DNA of 13,985 nt from Desulforegula conservatrix Mb1Pa (GCF_000426225.1 NZ_AUEY01000092.1:1-13985), one strand, 5' to 3'; shown: positions 1 to 8,484, counted from the stretch's first letter. Notes: generated from the sequence alone by a model not told the origin. Numbers and translations: made by a program.

Positions 1-144
1 TCTTCAATAGTTTCTCCACTGAATCAAGATCTCCGCCTATGCTTCCGTAGTGCCTGACCTCTCCTGAACGACCTTCTTCTGCGAGTGCCACATCTATACT
101 ATTTTTATGTACATCAAGGCCTACATATATGTTATTCTTCTTCA
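1..144 (-). CDS. IS110-family (DEDD/RuvC-like) transposase, N-terminal 48 aa only; the CDS continues beyond the window start
   Basis: Reverse-complement of 1-144 translates as MKKNNIYVGLDVHKNSIDVALAEEGRSGEVRHYGSIGGDLDSVEKLLK. The YVG(L/I)DV(H/S)K..IDVA motif with the first catalytic Asp is the hallmark N-terminus of IS110/IS1111 transposases. ATG at 142-144 is preceded by GGAGG (revcomp of 150-154) at a 7-nt spacing. It is absent from the ORF track because it is truncated by the window edge. Confidence 0.7.
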
Positions 145-525
145 TACCTGCCTCCATGGTTTTGGCTCTGTGTTTTTAGTCTCTAAAAATATAATCCACG
201 TTTGCATGGATGGCAGGTTCTTTCTTTAGATGACAACCATGTTATCTACGCATCACACTTTTTTGATGGCACATTGACCATAAAAGGCACTTCTTAACTG
301 AATATCAGGCAGAGCCATAAAGAATAATGGCCTTCCAATAAAGTTAGCATAATCTGTAGATGTCCCTTACGGATCGCTTTTTGGGAAAAAATTCGGCAAA
401 AATTTGTTCTTTTACAACTGTGGGCGCCTGCCAAAGTTTAGCCTTAAATCAGCCTGGGCAGGGCCGGCAATGTTGCTGAGTGCAGGTCGGATTAGAGCGT
501 CCTTTGCTCGTAATCCGACATAAAG
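1..525 (-). mobile_element. IS110-family insertion sequence, left (5') end: transposase 5' portion plus ~380 nt non-coding left end. The boundary near 525 is approximate.
   Basis: Transposase start at 144. A long AT/GC-mixed non-coding stretch 145-~525 contains a strong hairpin (487-520, gtcggatta...taatccgac). Similarity to an unrelated intergenic motif (see repeat 535-564) begins right after ~530, suggesting native chromosomal sequence resumes there. Confidence 0.4.
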
Positions 526-534
526 CTTAAGCCA

Positions 535-564
535 TTTTTAGACTTTTTGCGACTCCATCAATAT
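535..564 (+). repeat. ~30-nt intergenic motif TTTTTAG-N2-3-TTTTTGCGA(C/G)TCCATCA(A/G)ATA, copy A
   Basis: catttttagactttttgcgactccatcaatat here, versus cctttttagttttttttgcgagtccatcagatact at 11463-11493 (20/22 identical over the core). A partial third copy, ctttttgcgattctgtcag, sits at 1251-1269. Confidence 0.45.
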
Positions 565-676
565 TAGCGATAGTTGGAATTCCAAATTCCCCAAAACTAC
601 AAAGAGCACAAGTTTTTTTAATTACAGTCTGTTAGAACGTCAGATTAACATTCCTTATTATTATAAAGGCATTTAC

Positions 677-1126
677 ATGCAAAAATCTGTTTTGGTTGTC
701 TGCTTTCTAATTACTCTTACTGGCTGCACATGGGTAACGGGAAGAATGGAAGACTGTCCCTACACTCCCAACTGCGTTTCATCGAAAATGCAAAATCCGA
801 TTCACGGTATTGATCCTATTCCTTTTAGGGGTAGTCCTGAATCTGCAATGTCCCGCATTGAAAAAGTCATTCTTTCGATGCCTCGTACCGAGATCGTGGA
901 GAAGGAGCCGGGATACATTCGGGCTATTTACATTTCTCTTGTTTTCAGATTTAGGGATGACGTCGAATGCATGGTAGATCCTGAAAAAAGTGTTATTCAC
1001 ATAAGATCGTCATCACGCCTCGGAATATCAGATCTCGGAGCAAACAGCCGAAGGGTAAAAGAAATAAAACGACTGTTTGACGGAGGTCTGGAGGCTGATA
1101 AAAAGCAAGGTGAAGAGTCGAAATGA
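677..1126 (+). CDS. Lipoprotein, DUF1499-like
   Basis: 149 aa. Signal peptide with lipobox LTGC (Cys17). CPYTPNCVSS motif as remembered for the DUF1499 family. Weak RBS AAAGG 6 nt upstream. Confidence 0.75.
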   Translation: MQKSVLVVCFLITLTGCTWVTGRMEDCPYTPNCVSSKMQNPIHGIDPIPFRGSPESAMSRIEKVILSMPRTEIVEKEPGYIRAIYISLVFRFRDDVECMVDPEKSVIHIRSSSRLGISDLGANSRRVKEIKRLFDGGLEADKKQGEESK

Positions 1127-1214
1127 TGTTGTATTTTAGGAGCGGTAATAATTGACGGCCTTGCAAAAAAGGCGGCGGTGTCATGCCGGACTTGATCCGG
1201 CTTCAGCCACTTCT

Positions 1215-1257
1215 GGATGTCGGCCTGCGCCGGAATGATGGACATCCTGCCTTTTTG
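1215..1257 (+). terminator. Candidate intrinsic terminator after the DUF1499-like gene: 7-bp stem ggatgtc/gacatcc enclosing the repeated GC core, then tgccTTTTT
   Basis: Inverted repeat 1215-1221 / 1241-1247, followed by a T5 run at 1252-1256. The loop is long (19 nt) but contains an inner ccggc/gccgg hairpin. Confidence 0.35.
1221..1241. repeat. Near-palindromic GC-rich core CGGCCTGCGCCGGAATGA(T/C)GG, copy 1
   Basis: cggcctgcgccggaatgatgg here, versus ccggcctgcgccggaatgacgg at 11503-11524. Contains ccggc-ctgc-gccgg (5-bp stem, 4-nt loop). In both copies the core lies next to the TTTTTGCGA motif, but on opposite sides of it. Confidence 0.45.
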
Positions 1258-1342
1258 CGATTCTGTCAGTTCTAAACGAATTGTTATTGTCATGTTGCAG
1301 CAATAATAAGCAGTTAAACATTTTCAAATAAAGAGGATATTT

Positions 1343-2053
1343 ATGAAGATCAATGGAAAGCTGGCCTTGTTGTCCTTATCTGTTTTTATGGCATTTTCTC
1401 TTACAGCATGTATGAACACCAAGCAGGCAAGATACATGGATGAAAAAACAAAAACCGTTCTTGTTGACCGTTCATTGCTGGATTATGGCGGATATGATGA
1501 GGCCCTTCTTCGGTATGCCAATCCAAAGGCAGACTATAAGAAATACACAAGTGTGATAATCGATCCGGTAATGATGTTTAAACCCAAAAATGCTTCAAAA
1601 GAAGAAATTGCGGATTTAAAAACTCTTTCTTCAAACTGCTATGGGTATCTTGTTAGAGAGTTAGGCAGTGATTTCAAGATTGTTAAAGATCCAGCGCCTG
1701 GAGTTCTTAAGATACAGGTAGCAATTCTGGACGCAGAAACGTCAGATCCTACTATGGATATGCTTTCAACTGTACTTCCTTTTGGGGCTGCTTTTTCTGT
1801 CGCTAAAACTTTTGTTACAGGAAAGCCTAGTGCTGTTGGTGAAATAAGCGGTGAAATGAAAATTACAGATGCAACCACAGGCGAAGTTCTGTTTGCAGGT
1901 GCAGATAGAAGAGCTGGCGGAAAAGGTATGAGCGGAATTTTTGATTCATGGCATGATGCAAACGCCGGAATGGAATATTGGGCAAAAAAAACCCGTTACG
2001 TTCTTTGTAAAGAACGCGGCGGAGACAAATGCGACAGGCCTAGTAATTTCTGA
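1343..2053 (+). CDS. Lipoprotein of unknown function (possibly DUF3313-family; the family call is uncertain)
   Basis: 236 aa. Signal peptide plus lipobox LTAC (Cys23). RBS AAGAGGA 7 nt upstream of ATG. No recognisable catalytic motifs. Confidence 0.7.
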   Translation: MKINGKLALLSLSVFMAFSLTACMNTKQARYMDEKTKTVLVDRSLLDYGGYDEALLRYANPKADYKKYTSVIIDPVMMFKPKNASKEEIADLKTLSSNCYGYLVRELGSDFKIVKDPAPGVLKIQVAILDAETSDPTMDMLSTVLPFGAAFSVAKTFVTGKPSAVGEISGEMKITDATTGEVLFAGADRRAGGKGMSGIFDSWHDANAGMEYWAKKTRYVLCKERGGDKCDRPSNF

Positions 2054-2291
2054 TTTGAACAAAATCATAATGATGCTTAACTCTGATAAAATCCATCAGA
2101 TAGACAGGATTGGCTTACCCGATGATCCTGGATTTTTTAAATCAAGATTAAAACAAACGATTCAACGGGCCGCATCTGTCTCAATTGAGGCGGCCTTCCT
2201 TAAGACTCTATTTCAGGAGTGAATGAACTCTGTGCTCCTGAAATCCGCCAGCAAGGGAAAGATGAAGATCTGTCTGGAAAGGAGAGGGACT

Positions 2292-2942
2292 ATGAATCGA
2301 CAAGAATCGGAAAACAACCCTTTGATTATCCACAACAAAAACGATGATGTTCTAAACGCAGACGAAGCGCTTGTGCGTCTGATGGAAGGGAATGAGCGTT
2401 TTCTGAGGGGCGAGCCACTACACACGAGGACATCCATGGAGGTTCTCGCAGATCTCGTCAAAGGCCAGAGACCCTATGCTACCATAGTGGGCTGCAGTGA
2501 TTCGCGGGTGCCGCCGGAGCTTCTGTTTGACGCAGAATTCGGAGACCTGTTCGTCATCCGTGTGGCTGGCAATGTGTGTACGCCGGAGATTATGGGCAGC
2601 ATCCAGTATGCAGGAACACATCTTAATATTGAATTGTTCATGATTCTTGGCCATGAAAACTGCGGTGCGGTCCAGGCTGCTCTATCTGCAAAGTTTCAGG
2701 GCGCTCAGGATCGTTCGCGCATACAGTTGCTGCTCCAGTCAATACTTCCGGGCCTTGATGATATCGATCCTCAGCTGCCACCACAGCGTATGCTTGAGTG
2801 CGCCGTCGAGGCCAACATCAGATGGACTATTCGTCAACTCAAGGAAACACCTGAAGGCCGTGCGCGCATAGCAGAAGGCCGCATCAAACTTGTGGGCGCG
2901 GTCTTTGAGATCACGACCGGAAGAGTGCGACTGATTCATTAA
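2292..2942 (+). CDS. Beta-class carbonic anhydrase
   Basis: CSDSRVPPELLFDAEFGDLFVIRVAGN and HENCGAV match the beta-CA zinc-ligand motifs CxDxR and HxxC. Start is placed at ATG 2292, which has GGAGAGGG immediately upstream. The longer ORF from 2223 has no RBS. Confidence 0.88.
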   Translation: MNRQESENNPLIIHNKNDDVLNADEALVRLMEGNERFLRGEPLHTRTSMEVLADLVKGQRPYATIVGCSDSRVPPELLFDAEFGDLFVIRVAGNVCTPEIMGSIQYAGTHLNIELFMILGHENCGAVQAALSAKFQGAQDRSRIQLLLQSILPGLDDIDPQLPPQRMLECAVEANIRWTIRQLKETPEGRARIAEGRIKLVGAVFEITTGRVRLIH

Positions 2943-3022
2943 TATACATGATACAGATACGTTTAGGTTGTTGTCTACGGTTCGTTTTTTATCCTCCTCA
3001 CTTTGAATAAAGGAATTTAGGC

Positions 3023-4744
3023 ATGTCTCTCGAAAAATTTATAAAAGTTGCATTAGGGGACTCTCCTGCGGATCTTCTGTTGAAAAACTGCATGATAATA
3101 AACACATTTTCATCCGAAGTTTTGAAGGGCAGCATTGCCATATGCGAAGACAGAATTGCAGGATTGGGAGAATATGAGGCCCTTGAAGTAATAGATATGA
3201 AAGGCATGTTCGCAGCACCAGGATTCATTGACGCCCATGTTCATATAGAAAGTTCCATGGCAGGGCCTGCCGGTTTTGCAAAGGCTGTACTTCCCCACGG
3301 AACAACTGCTGTCGTGGCTGATCCTCATGAAATTGCCAATGTTCTTGGATCAAAAGGCATAAACTATATGCTTGATTCGTCAGAAGGTCAGCCCATGAGC
3401 TTCTATTTTGCTCTGCCTTCATGTGTTCCGGCAACTCATATGGAAACATCCGGCGCTGTTCTTGATGCGGAGGATCTGCGGAATTTTTACAGACATCCGA
3501 GGGTGATCGCTCTTGCAGAAGTCATGAACTATCCGGGAGTGATTAACTGTAGCGTTGATATTCTCGACAAAATTTCAGATGCCATTGCGCTTGGCAAAAA
3601 GGTTGACGGACACGCCCCCCTTCTTGCTGGCAAGAGGCTTTGTTCATACGTTTCGGCAGGAATCGGAAGCGATCATGAGTGCTCTATGGCTGACGAAGCC
3701 ATGGAAAAAATCCGTATGGGCATGCATATAATGATAAGGGAAGGCACCTGCGCCAGGAATCTGCAGGAACTTCTGAAGGCCGTCAATCCAGGTACATCCC
3801 GGAGAATGATGTGGTGCACAGATGACAGGCATCCCCATGATTTGTTGGATGACGGCCATATTGACGCCATAATTAGAAAAGCCATAAAAAATGGTCTTGA
3901 CCCTGTGACAGCCATTCAAATGGCAACGCTTAATCCCGCAGAATATTTCGGTTTGAGAACTCATGGTGCGATAGCTCCTGGAATGAGGGCAGACATAGTA
4001 TTTTTTAAGGATCTGATGGAGCCTGTCCCTGAAATAGTTTACAGCGGAGGAAAAAAGGTCGCTGAAAAAGGGGCGATGCTTGAGAGCGTTGTTTTCCCCG
4101 AAGCAAGCAATACTCCACCTTCCATGAACGTGAAAATTGAGAATCTGGATCTTAAGGTAAAGGCTGAACCTGGAAAAATAAAGGTGATAACTTCCGAGGT
4201 GGATCAGCTTATTACTGGAATTGAAATGGCAGAGCCCCTTGTCAGGGAGGGTCTTGTTGTTTCAGATCCAGAGCGTGATATTCTAAAGATAGCTGTGGTG
4301 GAAAGGCATTCTGGCAAGGCTGGGACAGGAATTGGATTCATAAAGGGATTCGGACTCAAGAATGGGGCCATGGCTTCAAGTGTCTGTCATGATTCCCACA
4401 ATCTTATTTCAATCGGTACATCTGACGAAGACATGAAGGCAGCCATTGCTGAAATTATTCGAATGGGCGGAGGGCTTGCCGTGGCATGTAATGGTGAGAT
4501 TGCCGCCTCTCTTCCGCTTGAAATGGCAGGACTGATGTCTTTTGAATCTGTGGAAGATATAAGGACAGGGCTTGATGCTGTCCTTGTTGCTGCCAAAACG
4601 ATTGGGGCAGTGATGAAAGACCCTTTCATGACCATGTCTTTTATGGCTCTTCCTGTAATACCCGAGCTTAAGATAACCGACAAAGGGCTTGTAGATGTGA
4701 ACTCTTTTTCAATAGTAAGTCTTTTTGGGCCTCAATGTTGTTGA
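3023..4744 (+). CDS. ade: Adenine deaminase
   Basis: 573 aa. N-terminal GFIDAHVHIESSM metal-binding motif of the amidohydrolase superfamily. Length and C-terminal domain (ERDILKIAVVERHSGKAGTGIGFIKGFGL...CHDSHNLI) are typical of Ade/AdeC. RBS AAAGGAA. Confidence 0.88.
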   Translation: MSLEKFIKVALGDSPADLLLKNCMIINTFSSEVLKGSIAICEDRIAGLGEYEALEVIDMKGMFAAPGFIDAHVHIESSMAGPAGFAKAVLPHGTTAVVADPHEIANVLGSKGINYMLDSSEGQPMSFYFALPSCVPATHMETSGAVLDAEDLRNFYRHPRVIALAEVMNYPGVINCSVDILDKISDAIALGKKVDGHAPLLAGKRLCSYVSAGIGSDHECSMADEAMEKIRMGMHIMIREGTCARNLQELLKAVNPGTSRRMMWCTDDRHPHDLLDDGHIDAIIRKAIKNGLDPVTAIQMATLNPAEYFGLRTHGAIAPGMRADIVFFKDLMEPVPEIVYSGGKKVAEKGAMLESVVFPEASNTPPSMNVKIENLDLKVKAEPGKIKVITSEVDQLITGIEMAEPLVREGLVVSDPERDILKIAVVERHSGKAGTGIGFIKGFGLKNGAMASSVCHDSHNLISIGTSDEDMKAAIAEIIRMGGGLAVACNGEIAASLPLEMAGLMSFESVEDIRTGLDAVLVAAKTIGAVMKDPFMTMSFMALPVIPELKITDKGLVDVNSFSIVSLFGPQCC

Positions 4745-4758
4745 ATTAACGATTTCCC

Positions 4759-4836
4759 GTAGGGGGCGTGCCGTCCTTGCACGCACCATCTGGTTGAAAA
4801 TGGTGCGTGGAAAAGCGCCACGCACCCTACTTTTGC
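4759..4836. terminator. Compound palindrome between convergent ade and the flotillin gene; likely bidirectional terminator
   Basis: Inner perfect 10-bp hairpin cacgcaccat(4780-4789)/atggtgcgtg(4800-4809) with loop ctggttgaaa. Outer imperfect 13/16 stem gtagggggcgtgccgt(4759-4774)/gcgccacgcaccctac(4815-4830). Followed by TTTTG at 4831. Confidence 0.5.
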
Positions 4837-4875
4837 ATTATCCCCGGATGTTCCAATGCTTATAAAGCTGGTCTG

Positions 4876-7386
4876 TTATTCTGAAAGAGTATCGCTTGAT
4901 GACTTGCCGGACTTCTTCAGAAGAGCTGAAACATCAATACCTGGCAGAAGCTTTGTCAACATGCCCATAAGTCCGTCAGTTGCGTTGCCTCCGCCTGCCA
5001 CAAGAACATCCGGGACAATCTTGATTTTGCCTTTTTCTATGGATGAAGAAATCAGCTCCACGATCTTGATCTGCTTGATGGCATCTTCGCCAATGGCCGC
5101 CTTCTGTTTGCTGTAGGCCTGGGCAGTCGCCTCACCTATAGCGGCAATCTTGGACGCCTCGCCGTCACCTATGGCTATCAGGCGCTTGCCTTCTCCGGCT
5201 CCTTCAAGGGCTTTTGCCTCTGCCGTACCTTCGGCAAGGGTGATCATTTCCATTTTCTTCTGGGACGCCACTTTTACCGCAATTTCCGATGCAACCAGGG
5301 TGGGCTGCTGATCCGCTGTGGCCCTCATCTTTTCCATCTCGGTTCGTTCAGCCTGGGATTTCTGCTCCATCTTGTACATTTCCTGCTGCTGTTCAGCTAT
5401 GATGCGCTTGGTCTGGGTCTGCATAAGATCTTCCGGAAGACGGATCTGGCAGATAAGGACTGATACGCATTCCACATGGTATCTCTCAAGATCTGCCCTG
5501 GCCCTTGTTTCAGCCTTTGCCTGCTCTTCGGATCTGCTCTGGAGAAAATTCATGGCTGAAGCCGTGGATGCCTGATTCCTGAACGACGAGTCTATCATAG
5601 GATGAATAACGTGTTGAATGAGGTTGTCTATGGAGCCGACCTTGGCCACCATGTATGGCGCCTGATCCGGCCTTACACGAATAACCACCTTGACTGCCAC
5701 CTGAATTGGAAAACCGTCCTTGGATATGACGGTCAACTGGTCAAAGCGGGTGTCGTCCTGATCGTCCCAGTCTATGGTGATGTTTGTGGTGTCAATGATA
5801 TACACCATAAATGCCCGGCGGTTGAGGTAATAGCGGCCAGGCCCGGCCACTTCTTCCTGAATTCCCCTGAAACCTTTTGGTACGACATATTTTTCTTTAC
5901 CCTCTTCAACGGAAGCGCCGATCTGGGTTGATCCGAGACGTTTTTTCATCTCTTCAGTGGGATCATCGCCGACGTTTGATACGACAACTCCGACCTGACC
6001 ACGCTCAATTACTGCGACATCATCGACTTCCACGCTGAACATGAATGGGTTGATGTAATATGTTCCGGGTCTGAGAACGTCAAGCTGGGGGCCACGTTGC
6101 CCCTGCTTGGACAGAAACGCTGAGCCGTCCTGATAATCATTATGGCCGGTGATGGGGCAGGCCACATATTCACGTTCAGGCAATGGAATACCGTCAAGAG
6201 CTGTGACCAGACCGACCTTGTTGGCTGCTATGACAACGGCCGGCGCGATCTGTATCTGAAAAAGATTGAGATTGATACGGTATGTTCCGGGCAGAAGCAC
6301 ATCGATCTGAGGGCCTTTCTGTCCGCCATTTTTAAGGAACGCTTCGCCATTTTCATAGTTTGAATGCCCAGGAACACTTTGTGCCAAGAGTCTGCCCATG
6401 GGTATTGGAGCTCCGTCCTGGGCTGTGACCATGCCGACTTCACCCTTGGCGATTACCACGGCCTTGGTATTGGTCACCTTGAAAAGATTTGGATGAATAC
6501 GGTAAACACCTGGAGGAAGGATTTCAGTCTGAGGCCCTTTCTGGCCCCCATTTTTGATGAAATCAGCACCTGACTGGAATGAATTGTGGCCAGCCACAAC
6601 ATTTGCGAAAATGCGGCCAGCAGGAATTGATGTGCCGTCAGCCGACTCAATTAAGCCGATCTCACCTTCGCTGATCTTGGTGGCCTTGTTTTTTGTCACC
6701 TTGAACAGATAAGGATTGATACGATAGTTTCCAGGCGGAATGATTTCAATCTGAGGCCCTTTTTGTCCTCCATTTTTGATAAATGCTTCTCCGTTCTGAA
6801 AAGATGAGTGCCCTTCCACGGCCTGGGCAAATATCTTTCCTTCAGGAATGGCCACACCGTCCACAGACTCAACAATCCCTATTTCGAAATCCTTGATTGA
6901 GGTCACTGCACCCATGGTCAGCTTGAACAGATAAGGGTTGATACGGTATTTACCCGGAGGCAGCACCTCGATCTGAGGCCCTTTCTGTCCGCCATTTTTT
7001 ATGAATGCCTCGCCGTCCTGATAGGAATTATGGCCTGCCACAACAGCGGCAAAGATATTTCCCGCAGGAATGGATGACCCGTCCACTGATTCGATCAGTC
7101 CGATTTCATTTTCCAGAATTTCTGTAAAAACGCTTTTTTTCGCCTTGTAGATAAACGGTATCAGGAAATGCAGACCAGGGCCGAGCGTCCTAGCCTGAAT
7201 ACCTACTTCATTGCCAAGCGCAACAACCCTGCCCTGGGGCATTTTCCGGCCAAACCACCGGCGCTCGATCAGGGCGATTTCATTACCTCCCACCACGACC
7301 ACAGACGCATACAGCAGAATGGCAAAACAAACTGCCAGGGCCGCATACTCCCAGTTAATCGATAAAATAAAATCAAAAAAAAACAT
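4876..7386 (-). CDS. Flotillin-family / SPFH (band-7) membrane protein with an expanded N-terminal repeat array
   Basis: 836 aa. N-terminal TM anchor (aa 12-33). C-terminal SPFH core (…GFPIQVAVKVVIRV…VSVLICQIRLPEDLMQTQTKRIIAEQQ). Flotillin-type Ala/Glu-rich coiled-coil tail (…AEGTAEAKALEGAGEGKRLIAIGDGEASKIAAIGEATAQA…). Strong RBS GGAGG 8 nt upstream of ATG 7386. Confidence 0.85.
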   Translation of the reverse strand: MFFFDFILSINWEYAALAVCFAILLYASVVVVGGNEIALIERRWFGRKMPQGRVVALGNEVGIQARTLGPGLHFLIPFIYKAKKSVFTEILENEIGLIESVDGSSIPAGNIFAAVVAGHNSYQDGEAFIKNGGQKGPQIEVLPPGKYRINPYLFKLTMGAVTSIKDFEIGIVESVDGVAIPEGKIFAQAVEGHSSFQNGEAFIKNGGQKGPQIEIIPPGNYRINPYLFKVTKNKATKISEGEIGLIESADGTSIPAGRIFANVVAGHNSFQSGADFIKNGGQKGPQTEILPPGVYRIHPNLFKVTNTKAVVIAKGEVGMVTAQDGAPIPMGRLLAQSVPGHSNYENGEAFLKNGGQKGPQIDVLLPGTYRINLNLFQIQIAPAVVIAANKVGLVTALDGIPLPEREYVACPITGHNDYQDGSAFLSKQGQRGPQLDVLRPGTYYINPFMFSVEVDDVAVIERGQVGVVVSNVGDDPTEEMKKRLGSTQIGASVEEGKEKYVVPKGFRGIQEEVAGPGRYYLNRRAFMVYIIDTTNITIDWDDQDDTRFDQLTVISKDGFPIQVAVKVVIRVRPDQAPYMVAKVGSIDNLIQHVIHPMIDSSFRNQASTASAMNFLQSRSEEQAKAETRARADLERYHVECVSVLICQIRLPEDLMQTQTKRIIAEQQQEMYKMEQKSQAERTEMEKMRATADQQPTLVASEIAVKVASQKKMEMITLAEGTAEAKALEGAGEGKRLIAIGDGEASKIAAIGEATAQAYSKQKAAIGEDAIKQIKIVELISSSIEKGKIKIVPDVLVAGGGNATDGLMGMLTKLLPGIDVSALLKKSGKSSSDTLSE
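5776..7107 (-). repeat. Six in-frame tandem 222-nt (74-aa) coding repeats inside the flotillin gene
   Basis: Repeat starts at aa 94, 168, 242, 316, 390 and 464 (E[IV]G[LIMV][IV].[SA].DG..IP.G.IFA..V.GH..[YF]Q.G.AF[IL]KNGGQKGPQ.[ED][VI]LPPG.YRINP.LF). The DNA-level repeat is visible: cctttctgtccgccattttt at 6314 and 6980, exactly 3x222 apart. Similarity decays from copy 1 to copy 6. A shorter degenerate copy 0 lies at aa 36-90. Confidence 0.85.
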
Positions 7387-7788
7387 AAATGCCTCCTCTT
7401 TATTTCATGAATTTAAACAATGCTTGTTCAGTTTCTGAATGAAATTTTTAGATTAAAATCAGAGCCAAGGTTGTAGAAATATTTTGGTTTGGGTTTAGAG
7501 CTAACGCAAGGTTTTGCCGTTACTGCTTGTATGGGAAATCGGTACATTTTCTTACCTGCCATACTTTATATGAAGGCCATCCACGTAAGCAAGGCAAAAA
7601 CAAGAGAATGTAAAACAAGCTCGTAAAAATTATATGATACCCAAGAAGTATGGTCTTTGTTGATTTATAATGATATTTTGTTGAATGTGTGGTCTTAACA
7701 TACAGAAATAATTGTGTATGACGGTTTTGTGACTACAAATCAATATTTGTTAAAATTGTTACTTAAAATTAAATATGCGGGGTGCGCA

Positions 7789-8484
7789 ATGAGGCTTCAC
7801 TGGGTTCAGCATGTGCCTTTCGAGGGATTGGGGCATATCGGGGCATGGGCAACAACAAAAGGGTTCAGCGTTTCAGTAACAAAAACATATGAAGATGCAT
7901 CTTTCCCTGAAACTGATGGGATCGATCTTCTTGTGATCATGGGCGGTCCCATGGGTGTTTATGATACTGATGTTTACCCTTGGCTTGCCCCTGAAAAGGG
8001 TTTCATCGGAAAAGCAATAAAAGATGGCGTTAAAATAATCGGAATCTGTCTTGGGGCGCAGCTTATTGCCGATGTTCTTGGCGCAAAAGTTACTCAAAAT
8101 CCTGAAAAGGAAATAGGCTGGTTCAGATTAAATACTGAAAAAAAATATAATGGCCTGCTTAAAGGCCTGTTTGATGATTCTCCAGAAGCCTTTCACTGGC
8201 ACGGCGATACCTTTGCTATTCCATCCGGAAGCGAGCTTGTCTGTTCAAGCGAAGGATGTGTAAATCAGGCCTTTGATTATCAGGACAGGGTTTTTGGTCT
8301 GCAATTCCATCTTGAAACAACACCATCTTCTGCCCAGGATCTTATCATGAACTGCGGCGATGAAATAAAAGCTGGTGGCAGATATATTCAGTCTGAAAAA
8401 GAGGTTGCAGCAGATTCATCAAAATTTCAAAAACTGAATACTATCATGGAAGATGTTCTTGAGAGAATTATTGCTGCGGTATGA
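7789..8484 (+). CDS. Class I glutamine amidotransferase-like protein (GMP-synthase-type GATase1 domain)
   Basis: Nucleophile-elbow motif IGICLGAQL, a conserved His (…FHWHGDTF…) and …LQFHLE typical of GATase1. Start chosen at in-frame ATG 7789 (MRLHWVQHVPFEGLG, the typical family N-terminus) rather than the track start 7714, which lacks an RBS. The start is uncertain. Confidence 0.75.
   Translation: MRLHWVQHVPFEGLGHIGAWATTKGFSVSVTKTYEDASFPETDGIDLLVIMGGPMGVYDTDVYPWLAPEKGFIGKAIKDGVKIIGICLGAQLIADVLGAKVTQNPEKEIGWFRLNTEKKYNGLLKGLFDDSPEAFHWHGDTFAIPSGSELVCSSEGCVNQAFDYQDRVFGLQFHLETTPSSAQDLIMNCGDEIKAGGRYIQSEKEVAADSSKFQKLNTIMEDVLERIIAAV

Noticed and set aside
779-1293. Minus-strand ORFs 779-1000, 993-1184 and 997-1293 overlapping the DUF1499-like gene
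   Set aside because: They are antisense to a gene with signal peptide and lipobox. There is no RBS, and the composition is low-complexity Arg/Phe/Leu-rich.
1941-2222. 93-aa ORF overlapping the 3' end of the lipoprotein gene and filling the 2054-2222 gap
   Set aside because: It overlaps a confident CDS in another frame. The internal Met codons at 2070 and 2073 have no RBS, and there are no recognisable motifs. The gap does contain a 6-bp GC stem (2163-2194), but without a T-run.
2223-2291. Longer N-terminal extension of the carbonic anhydrase ORF (MNSVLLKSASKGKMKICLERRGT…)
   Set aside because: There is no RBS before 2223. A strong GGAGAGGG sits immediately before the in-frame ATG at 2292. 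The extension has no counterpart in the beta-CA family as remembered.
2943-3022. Purine riboswitch upstream of adenine deaminase
   Set aside because: There are only 80 nt between the carbonic anhydrase stop and the ade start. The sequence lacks the conserved purine-riboswitch junction elements. The genes are probably co-transcribed, or a simple promoter lies here.
5318-6573. Several 60-110 aa ORFs on both strands inside the flotillin gene (5318-5575+, 5602-5931+, 6009-6197-, 6142-6363+, 6228-6443-, 6364-6573+)
   Set aside because: They are antisense or out of frame within a confidently assigned 836-aa CDS. Their Gly/Arg/Cys-rich composition is typical of spurious frames. The periodic repeat also generates periodic spurious ORFs.
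7714-7788. Track start codon for the GATase1 gene 25 codons upstream
   Set aside because: No RBS. Family members start with M(R/K)(I/L)H.LQH, matching ATG 7789. This remains somewhat uncertain.
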